Below, in pieces: positions 47,524 through 55,164 of a DNA stretch of 64,000 bases (positions are counted from its first letter, which is position 1; the number at the start of each line of letters is the position of its first letter). Position numbers and translations under genes: made by a program. This DNA comes from a virus (lineage: Duplodnaviria; Caudoviricetes), in the IMG/VR virus record IMGVR_UViG_3300033498_000048, positions 32,001-96,000 of that record; one strand, 5' to 3'. The notes under the pieces are model-generated. The model saw only the letters and a program-made list of their open reading frames with translations. It was not told where the DNA came from and did no database searches.

Positions 47524-47778
47524 TCAATCAATTCTAATGGTTGCGCCCTTGAATATACCTGAGCATACTGTGCCACTAACTGGAAAACCATCTAACCCTG
47601 TAGCCGTGAATCCCGTGTGCCAACCATCATCTCTGCCACAACCAAACCAGTTATACCCATCAATTTTGATATTCTTATATCCAGCTGATGTTAATGCTTT
47701 GGTTGCCTCAACTGAACTCGTACAAGACACTGTTACGGTTAATAGTACGATTGTTAATATAACTCTAATTTTTAACAT
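47524..47778 (-). CDS. Putative lipoprotein
   Basis: Basic N-terminus, hydrophobic stretch, lipobox-like VSC; GY.WFGCG.DD...TGF.A...SG.VCSG. Confidence 0.75.
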   Translation of the reverse strand: MLKIRVILTIVLLTVTVSCTSSVEATKALTSAGYKNIKIDGYNWFGCGRDDGWHTGFTATGLDGFPVSGTVCSGIFKGATIRID

Positions 47779-47783
47779 TTAAT

Positions 47784-48347
47784 TTACTCCACCTTTAATT
47801 GGATTTTGTATAGTATTCCACCATATTTTAATTCACAGATTTTAGATATTGCTGTGTTTACGATGAAAAAGTCTTTATCTTCACTTACTAAACCCCGTCC
47901 AGCTGTTGGAAGTGATGTTGGATTGTAATACGATGGTCTCCACAAATCTAGGTTTATTGCATCTTCTTCAGTGATTTCAACTCCATCGTGATAATATGCT
48001 AACAAAGTTGATGCTTGTGTGTACAAAACTTTACCATCAATCAAATACTCAAGCGTTTTATCTGATTGTAATAACGTTCCACACACCCTAGTTTTACCTT
48101 TCAATCCTTGTGCTTGGAACGTTATGTCTCCAGTTAAATTTTGAACTTTTTGCTCATAGTCATGGTTTAAATATAAATGACTAATGTGAACTTTCTTTTG
48201 AACTGCTGCCTTTCCATGAGTTGTTTTACTTCTTGTGTCGTCTACAACATAAGTTAAACTCACCACCGTAGACCGTGTAATTAATTGTAACATATCAATC
48301 AATTCTTGCTGTGAAATTACTTGCACTGGAATATTTTTAGTTGCCAT
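47784..48347 (-). CDS. Hypothetical protein
   Basis: 187 aa. Confidence 0.75.
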   Translation of the reverse strand: MATKNIPVQVISQQELIDMLQLITRSTVVSLTYVVDDTRSKTTHGKAAVQKKVHISHLYLNHDYEQKVQNLTGDITFQAQGLKGKTRVCGTLLQSDKTLEYLIDGKVLYTQASTLLAYYHDGVEITEEDAINLDLWRPSYYNPTSLPTAGRGLVSEDKDFFIVNTAISKICELKYGGILYKIQLKVE

Positions 48348-48387
48348 GATATATGCTCACAAGTGTGTTTAAGAATTTATGCTGCGT

Positions 48388-48415
48388 ATTATAAACACAT
48401 TAAAAACAAAGTCAA
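48388..48415 (-). promoter_or_regulatory. sigma70-type early promoter
   Basis: TTGACT-16-TATAAT. Confidence 0.6.
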
Positions 48416-48720
48416 CTATATTTTTTATTACTCCATTTATCAACTTTTTTGTCAATCGTTTTGTTGATTTCCATAGCAAGTTGGGTTGCTGATACCTCTG
48501 GATATGACAACTGAATAATGTCTAATAAACATACTATAACATCAACACATTCACCGATAACACCGTCCTCAGTTTCTGGTTTTATCGAATGCCCTATTCC
48601 CTTAAGAATCTCGTCCGATAACTCTCCCATTTCAGTCATCGCATAAATCAAACTGGTTTCTACAGTCCGTTTTAGCTCAACATTGCGAATGTTAAATATT
48701 GTACTTACTTTCACATACAA
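48412..48720 (-). CDS. MazG-like NTP pyrophosphohydrolase
   Basis: TEMGELSDEI and GECVDVIV acidic motifs; GTG start with AGGAG. Confidence 0.7.
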   Translation of the reverse strand: MYVKVSTIFNIRNVELKRTVETSLIYAMTEMGELSDEILKGIGHSIKPETEDGVIGECVDVIVCLLDIIQLSYPEVSATQLAMEINKTIDKKVDKWSNKKYS

Positions 48721-48846
48721 CTCCTATATCACAATATGGTGTAATAATACTAACGCACTTATAACAATTACAGCAATGTAAACTATAGCCAAGCTATCGC
48801 CTATTTTATTAACTGTTTTCAAAATCACTACAATCTCCTATTTTTA

Positions 48847-49666
48847 TTAATCGGTGTAAGGTTCACATATTTGGAGTACAAATATACCATCCCTATGGGT
48901 AATTGAGTAATATGGACTTAATCCATGTTTACCATGTGATGTGCCAGAAAAATCGGTATCTTGAAACACAACACCTTTTAATTTTGGAATACGTTTTTCT
49001 GGCAAGTTCTTCAAATTCTTCAACAGTAAGTGGTGAAGTAATGTGATACTCATAAACGCAATCCTTATATTTACCAACTTGTCCACTTCGTTTACACTCG
49101 ACTTTAAAGTTGTGCTGATTATAGGCATAACTATTAACCAAGTGTGACATTCTTCTTTTTTCTGCTTCGAAGTTATTTCTTGCAACAACATATTCGTTAT
49201 ATTTTGATTTATATTGATTAACTCCAATCCCAAACAATTCCAAATCTTTAATGTGTTTGTCGCGAGTTAGCGAACCACTCATAGCATAATCAAGCTTTTT
49301 GGCTAAGATTTGCCTATAATCTTGCATGATAATTCCATCAACTTCTTTAGTGGAGATGTCACTTCCAAATCTAATTTCAAATAATACACCATTAATCATA
49401 CATCCAGTTAAGTATTCTGAAGTAGCATACTCCTCAGTTTCGTACACGAAATGTTTATTTTTAACACCACAAACAGTTTTAAATATGTTTTTGACTATAT
49501 CGTGAATGTCATTGATTTCACCATTAAAAACAAAGTCAACATCGTGGGCTTTTCTATTTAAGTTTAATCCTTGATATAACAAGGCAAAACTACCAGTCAG
49601 AAATATTTGATGTTCTTGTAATGCAATTGCTATGTTTTTTACAGTATCATTTAATTTAAGTTTCAT
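48847..49666 (-). CDS. Nucleotidyltransferase-fold protein, probably frameshifted in an A5 run near 48995
   Basis: FLTGSFAL..QG..L.R.AHDVD; removing one A joins EELARK to RIPKLKGVVFQDTDFSG of ORF 48847. Confidence 0.6.
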
Positions 49667-50016
49667 CTAATTGTTTCCTTAGAACGTTTTACAATATCTT
49701 TGAATGTTGTATATTGGGATTCCACAATATCTGGAATAGTAATATCTTTTGCTTTACAATACTGAATTACTACCTTAGTTGGAATATACTTAACACATTC
49801 CGCTGAATGTAACATTGAATACGCAATCTTCATTAATCGCAATGTTTCCACTCTACTTGTGTATAACCTATTAAATTGTAACCACATTGGTTTACATTTT
49901 GTGTGGTCATTCTTATGTCCAACAATATTAACTAAAATTGCATACATATCATCGTCAATCTTTTTAACGTCTTTCTTTAATTTTTCAAACATATTCACTC
50001 CGTTTAAGTCGTTCAA
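49663..50016 (-). CDS. Hypothetical protein
   Basis: 117 aa; probable start MFEKLK. Confidence 0.65.
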   Translation of the reverse strand: MNDLNGVNMFEKLKKDVKKIDDDMYAILVNIVGHKNDHTKCKPMWLQFNRLYTSRVETLRLMKIAYSMLHSAECVKYIPTKVVIQYCKAKDITIPDIVESQYTTFKDIVKRSKETIR

Positions 50017-50264
50017 TCAAGTTTTTCTAAAAAGGCAATAAACTTATCAATTGATTTTCTAAGTTTTTTTAACTTAAATATAAAATCTACAAGTGATTCG
50101 TTCTTTGTTTTGTGTAATCTTATAATTTCGTGACACGAACCAATTTCCAAAAACATATCAATTAACTTTCTATTCCATGGATGTGTTCCATAATAACATA
50201 CCACTGAACCAGTTGATGCACTTTTTATGGAATTTAACCAAGTTCTTTTATTGTATTTTTTCAT
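50013..50264 (-). CDS. Hypothetical protein
   Basis: 83 aa; KRTWLN...TGSVV. Confidence 0.65.
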   Translation of the reverse strand: MKKYNKRTWLNSIKSASTGSVVCYYGTHPWNRKLIDMFLEIGSCHEIIRLHKTKNESLVDFIFKLKKLRKSIDKFIAFLEKLD

Positions 50265-50267
50265 AAT

Positions 50268-50987
50268 TTATCCCTTAACACTAAACAAACATTCAGTTGG
50301 TCTTTTGACGGCATTGCGTGATGTCACATTAGTTACTATTTGTCTTTCCCACAATTTAGTAAATCTATCAGATGGCATATCATATTCGCTAATAAAAACT
50401 TTGTGTCCATTATTGTGTTGTAACTCACACCAATCATAAAACTCTGGATGGTTAAATTTGACCTTATATCCTGTTGTATTTAAATATGGAGGGTCACAAT
50501 ATACAACACTTCTAGGTGGTATATCAACATCATAATAATTACCAGACGTGAATGTTATTCCAGATAATAATGGAGCTTGTTTAAGTAGTGCCAGTTTTGA
50601 ACCATAACCATAGTTTCTAACTCGTTCTGCATTAGGTGTCCCAATCTTAACATTTCTAGCATATCCACCAAACCACTTACTAGCAAAACTACACCCAAAT
50701 CCAATAAAACCTTTTAACGGATTATCATCATCTAGGGTTTTTGCAGCCTGATATTCATCCTCACTGACAAAATCAGGTGGAACCCAACCATCTTTAATTG
50801 CAGTCAATAAACTTATTAATGGGACATTAATATCATTAGCAATTTTACCAATTCCAGTTGGAACAAGACTAATAAGGTTACAACCTCCACAAAATGGTTC
50901 AACGTACCATTGGTCTAAGCATCTATCTTTAAGAATTATTGGAATTATGTATTTTGCTATTCGCCGTTTACTTCCTAAATATATCAT
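50268..50987 (-). CDS. DNA adenine methyltransferase (D12 class, Dam-like)
   Basis: YLGSK, YVEPFCGG, IANDIN, YCDPPY, FISEY. Confidence 0.9.
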   Translation of the reverse strand: MIYLGSKRRIAKYIIPIILKDRCLDQWYVEPFCGGCNLISLVPTGIGKIANDINVPLISLLTAIKDGWVPPDFVSEDEYQAAKTLDDDNPLKGFIGFGCSFASKWFGGYARNVKIGTPNAERVRNYGYGSKLALLKQAPLLSGITFTSGNYYDVDIPPRSVVYCDPPYLNTTGYKVKFNHPEFYDWCELQHNNGHKVFISEYDMPSDRFTKLWERQIVTNVTSRNAVKRPTECLFSVKG

Positions 50988-51310
50988 TTTAGTTTATTGT
51001 ACCCAGAATTGTATGGATATACATCGTCTTCCACATGAATCATACTGTTTACCCAATCTTTATACTCAGAACTTGGAATTAATTCTACTCTATATTCACT
51101 CTCACCGTTATCCCAAGTGTGTAAGCTTAATACTACTTTTGAACCCTTTAATACCCTAGCAACATTGTCAATTACAGTTGCCTTATATCTTACATCATCT
51201 AATTGTCCATATAGTGTGATGAAATACATTGCCCAATCAATTTGACTATAATTTTCAAATGGAGTGTTAGTTAAATCTGTGATAATAGTACCACCTAAAT
51301 ATTCTGCCAC
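50984..51310 (-). CDS. Hypothetical; paralog of 7804-8130
   Basis: TPF..Y...DW...YGQLD...KA.VID.VAR. Confidence 0.7.
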   Translation of the reverse strand: MAEYLGGTIITDLTNTPFENYSQIDWAMYFITLYGQLDDVRYKATVIDNVARVLKGSKVVLSLHTWDNGESEYRVELIPSSEYKDWVNSMIHVEDDVYPYNSGYNKLK

Positions 51311-51311
51311 T

Positions 51312-51644
51312 TTAATCTCCGTTATTAACTTTCAAATAATGTGTTTTAATAGCGTCTTTAATATCTACATTAACCCTATTAAACTCATCCAAGTAGCTTT
51401 GGATATTGTCAGCAATTCGTTTTCTACTTTTGGTCCAACCATCTAAACTATCGTTTGAATAGAATAAACTTGTTGGAATTGAAACTCCATATAACTCAAC
51501 TGTAGTTGCATTTTTAATATTTGGAAGTGACATAATAGCGTCAGCAAAGTTATCGGCATCAACCCACCATCCAACATTAACAAACTGTTTTGCAACAACA
51601 TCCCCATTTGCATCAAAAAATAATGCGTATGTTGGTAAACTCAT
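51312..51644 (-). CDS. Hypothetical protein
   Basis: 110 aa, AGGAG RBS. Confidence 0.7.
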   Translation of the reverse strand: MSLPTYALFFDANGDVVAKQFVNVGWWVDADNFADAIMSLPNIKNATTVELYGVSIPTSLFYSNDSLDGWTKSRKRIADNIQSYLDEFNRVNVDIKDAIKTHYLKVNNGD

Positions 51645-51653
51645 TTTAATCTC

Positions 51654-51947
51654 CTATAAACAATTAATTGAACTATATTCAATCATCAATATATCACTTC
51701 TAACATCTGATAACGATTCAACTAATATTCCAGCCAATTCAAAATTCAAATCGAATATATCACATATTGGCTTGTCTACGAATATTGTTACTAATACGCA
51801 ATCTAGTAGTATTTCACAAACATTAAGTGATTTCGAATTAGCTAAACTTAATGCTAATTCGCACAATGTTTTAAGTTCCGTATCAAATAAACCATTGCGT
51901 GTGAATATTTCAATGGCTTCATTATAAAAATGTATCTGTGGTATCAT
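51654..51947 (-). CDS. Hypothetical protein
   Basis: 97 aa, operonic overlap. Confidence 0.6.
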   Translation of the reverse strand: MIPQIHFYNEAIEIFTRNGLFDTELKTLCELALSLANSKSLNVCEILLDCVLVTIFVDKPICDIFDLNFELAGILVESLSDVRSDILMIEYSSINCL

Positions 51948-52219
51948 ACCTGCTCAACCTCAAATTTAGTGTTAATTCCATCAATTCTATCCGATGCTAT
52001 ACAATTTCCAGTTATGTAGTTGAGTAATTTATTTCCACAATCATCTTGTTCAAAGAAGCACCCTTGACAAGTATAGCTTCTTTGAACAACACGCAATTTA
52101 ATTAAACCATATCTAAAAATGTTTCCAACTGGTCTATCCTTTAATGTAAAGTACAATTTATATGTTTCCCATTTTGTTGTTAGTGTTTTACTTTTCATAT
52201 ACGGAATCGTTGAGTCCAC
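51944..52219 (-). CDS. Cys-rich hypothetical; paralog of 2308-2586
   Basis: PVG.I...V....TCQGCFF...C...C...R.DG. Confidence 0.65.
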   Translation of the reverse strand: MDSTIPYMKSKTLTTKWETYKLYFTLKDRPVGNIFRYGLIKLRVVQRSYTCQGCFFEQDDCGNKLLNYITGNCIASDRIDGINTKFEVEQV

Positions 52220-52264
52220 CTAATTACCAACATCATAAACTTTCGATATTAATAGTTTCAATTA

Positions 52265-52621
52265 CTAAATGTTTTCTACTTCAATTCTAATATTTTGTAC
52301 ACAATCATCTATTAGTATATGATAGTTACTATTTTTATCAAATCTAAGAAAATTTAAGAAACTAATAAACTTACAATTAGTTTCTACGAAATCGCTAGTA
52401 TTAAACCATTTTATTCTTCTGTTAGTATATTCTTTCTTCATTAAATCTTCTAAAGAAGGAAATTCAATAATCTTAACATTTAATACATTTTCTAATGTAG
52501 GTTTAATATCTTCATTAAATACTTTTTTATCGTTGTCATCCCATATAGCTGCTGAAAAGATATTAACCTCTTTAATATTATTGTTATCTCTTAAGAACTT
52601 TCTTATCTTCTTTTCATTCAT
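52265..52621 (-). CDS. Hypothetical protein
   Basis: 118 aa. Confidence 0.6.
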   Translation of the reverse strand: MNEKKIRKFLRDNNNIKEVNIFSAAIWDDNDKKVFNEDIKPTLENVLNVKIIEFPSLEDLMKKEYTNRRIKWFNTSDFVETNCKFISFLNFLRFDKNSNYHILIDDCVQNIRIEVENI

Positions 52622-52705
52622 AATAGAATTAGGACTAAAACTAAGAAAATCACTCCAAGAACTGATAATAGTTCCTTCTAAATCTAACCAAATTGTTTTA
52701 TTCAG

Positions 52706-53033
52706 CTAAACCCCTCTTATCGGTGCTATCTTATCTTTCATAAATCGTTTTGTAAGCTTGTCAAAGTGTTTTTCTAATAGCACATATGTCGCGTCAATCA
52801 TTTCATTGTAGTCTACAATAGCATCATATTCAGTTAAATGGAATTTATACTTTGACTTTGACCAATGCTCAAAGCCAGCATTGCGAACAATTAATAACAA
52901 CCCAATTAATTTACCATTTAACTTGGTTGTTATCCTTGTCATTGTATCATCGTTATTTGTGGTAACGTCAATCACACCCTTCACTGGAGGTATTTTTGAT
53001 ATTTTTTTCTTTTTCCAAAAGAGTTAAAGTCAT
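52706..53033 (-). pseudogene. Hypothetical gene apparently frameshifted in an A7 run near 53002-53008
   Basis: ATG 53033 with AGGA RBS; removing one A gives MTLTLLEKEKISKIPPVKGVIDV... joining ORF 52706-52984. Confidence 0.5.
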
Positions 53034-53084
53034 TTTTGTTTCCTATTAAGTAGTTGGATGTTAAATAAATCAAACATTAGAGTT

Positions 53085-53609
53085 TCACCAATAGCAAATC
53101 ATGTTTTCACCTTGAATGAATTTTGATAAGATATTAGTACGAAACGAACGATTGAAGTAATTAAGATAATGTAATGCTGCTTCGTCTCCAGTTACTATAA
53201 ATCCACCAGTGTCCCATACCCCTTCTGAATAAAACCTTGCATTAGCTCCCTTACGCTGATAACCAACCTCTTTGTAGTATAATACTGGTTCTATTTCAGT
53301 ATAACACGGACTATTAATCCTAGTGTTAAATGTGATAAAATCAATATCTTCTAAATCACTGCCAATCTTGTTTTTTGGAATAAAGTCATACTTTCTCCCA
53401 CAACTTGAATACAACTCATAATCATTGTAATTTAATCCACGCCGTTTGAATAATTTAATCCAATCAATATATTCAATTGGTTCGTGTTCGATGTAACCTT
53501 TAAAATAAGTAGATACTCTGTTAAGGATGTTTCCACGTTTAAGTGTAATAGAACCTGTAGACATATCTTGTACACATGGTTCTATTAAATAAATATCAAG
53601 ACCCATCAC
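53085..53609 (-). CDS. Hypothetical protein
   Basis: MGLDIY start, EVGYQRK; GGGG RBS. Confidence 0.75.
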   Translation of the reverse strand: MMGLDIYLIEPCVQDMSTGSITLKRGNILNRVSTYFKGYIEHEPIEYIDWIKLFKRRGLNYNDYELYSSCGRKYDFIPKNKIGSDLEDIDFITFNTRINSPCYTEIEPVLYYKEVGYQRKGANARFYSEGVWDTGGFIVTGDEAALHYLNYFNRSFRTNILSKFIQGENMICYW

Positions 53610-53615
53610 TATCCC

Positions 53616-53861
53616 CTAAATACAAACACATAATCTAAATAATTGCATTTCTGCAATAGTAAACAAACATTTCATAATGCGTATCCTTGACCAGTATATT
53701 CTGGATTCAATTGCTTTAAATGTTTTTAATGCTTCTAAGTTCCATTGGTTTAATGATGGTAGCCATGTGTCGTGAATCACGGCAGTTCTATCACAATTAA
53801 ATCTATATACGGTTGAGTACATTTTTTGTGGTTTTGTTAATGGTCTAATTTTCATTATCAT
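53616..53861 (-). CDS. Hypothetical protein
   Basis: 81 aa. Confidence 0.55.
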   Translation of the reverse strand: MIMKIRPLTKPQKMYSTVYRFNCDRTAVIHDTWLPSLNQWNLEALKTFKAIESRIYWSRIRIMKCLFTIAEMQLFRLCVCI

Positions 53862-54024
53862 TTGCTCTCTTAATTGTGTCCATATTAAAATACTCGGTTG
53901 GAATATAATAGCAACTTTTACCTGAAATTAAACATAATTCAGTAATTGTAATGCCACCATTATCAATCCAAGCATATTTAATATTGACATTCGATTGAAT
54001 GCTATTTCTGAATCTGATATTTGT

Positions 54025-54240
54025 TTATTCATCTTCATTATCCACCTCTACTAGATAAATTTGTTCTTCATAATTTGAAGGTGTTACTTTTAATGGAAAC
54101 TCTATCACATAATCATTCGCAACATCAAATGTATAAAATTGTCGTCCGTTGATTTTCACACCAGTCACAATTTGTTTAAATTTTAATCCACGACATTTTG
54201 ATTTGTGGTACAAGTTACTATATTGTTCTTTTGTTATCAC
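54025..54240 (-). CDS. Hypothetical protein
   Basis: 71 aa, GTG start, downstream of a consensus promoter. Confidence 0.6.
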   Translation of the reverse strand: MITKEQYSNLYHKSKCRGLKFKQIVTGVKINGRQFYTFDVANDYVIEFPLKVTPSNYEEQIYLVEVDNEDE

Positions 54241-54273
54241 TATATTAACTACCGTTTAAGTATTAGTTTTCAA

Positions 54274-54302
54274 ATTATAGTCAATTTAATATTCAATGTC
54301 AA
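54274..54302 (-). promoter_or_regulatory. Consensus sigma70 promoter
   Basis: TTGACA-17-TATAAT. Confidence 0.8.
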
Positions 54303-54328
54303 TACATTTGTTACGCTAAAAGTAAATT

Positions 54329-54637
54329 GGAACAACTATTATAATTAACTAACACGTCCAAGTGCTAACTTATTGATTTAATTGAATTATGGTAAAATGC
54401 TTAATAAACAGTTAGTTAGCACTTAGACACATTAGGTAATTACTAACACGATGCAAGTGCTAACCCATTGATTGTTGGTATTCATGTCAATTATTAAGAA
54501 TCAATAAGTTAGCACTTGGACGTGTTAGTTAATTATAATACTGTCTAAGTGCTAACCCATTGATTTAACTGGCTTATGGTGAAAATGTTTAATAAACAAG
54601 TTAGTTAGCATTTAGAAGACCATCTGCAAGTGCTAAC
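54329..54637. repeat. Array of four palindromic elements (one one-armed, one core-deleted)
   Basis: Right arms at 54360, 54455, 54547, 54628; last core only 14 nt. Confidence 0.9.
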
Positions 54638-54811
54638 AGTCACTTAACAAGTAACTTTGTAAGATATTAACTCATCTACAAAAAATTCATCCAAGCCTCT
54701 TTGTGTAATGGTTCAGTAAGATATGTAAAGATACTATTAATTTCACTACTAACAAATTTAATACATTATCCATTTTATGCTCCACATTTACCATTAGTTG
54801 TAATTTATAAA

Positions 54812-54840
54812 AGTATAGTCATTTGACAGTCCGATGTCAA
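54812..54840 (-). promoter_or_regulatory. sigma70-type early promoter between two arrays
   Basis: TTGACA-17-TATACT, driving a short GGAG-preceded ORF at 54773. Confidence 0.65.
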
Positions 54841-54871
54841 CTATCAGTGTATATTCATGTCAATTATGAAG

Positions 54872-55113
54872 AATCAATGACTTAGCACTTGGAACGGTTA
54901 TATAACTAACTAACACCATCAAGTGCTAACTTATTGATTTGATTGAGTTATGATAAAGACTTAATAAGCAGTCAGTTAGCACTTAGAATCACTCAATAAG
55001 GTGCTAACGCTTAATAATTGACAACGAATAGATAACACAACCAACTATCAATGAGTTAGCACTTGCAACCATTATATAATTAATACACCCATGTAAGTGC
55101 TAACTTATTGATT
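54872..55113. repeat. Array of three palindromic elements (middle one core-deleted)
   Basis: 54872-54939, 54969-55008 (14-nt core), 55046-55113. Confidence 0.92.
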
Positions 55114-55121
55114 CTCAGTGG

Positions 55122-55129
55122 TATAAATA
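55122..55129 (+). promoter_or_regulatory. T4-type late promoter TATAAATA
   Basis: Exact match 35 nt before ATG 55165. Confidence 0.75.
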
Positions 55130-55164
55130 ATTGACAATGTAGTGATATAGCTTAACGGAGTCAA

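Noticed and set aside
48847-49233. Independent 128-aa gene
   Set aside because: Mostly overlaps the nucleotidyltransferase in another frame; better explained as its frameshifted C-terminus.
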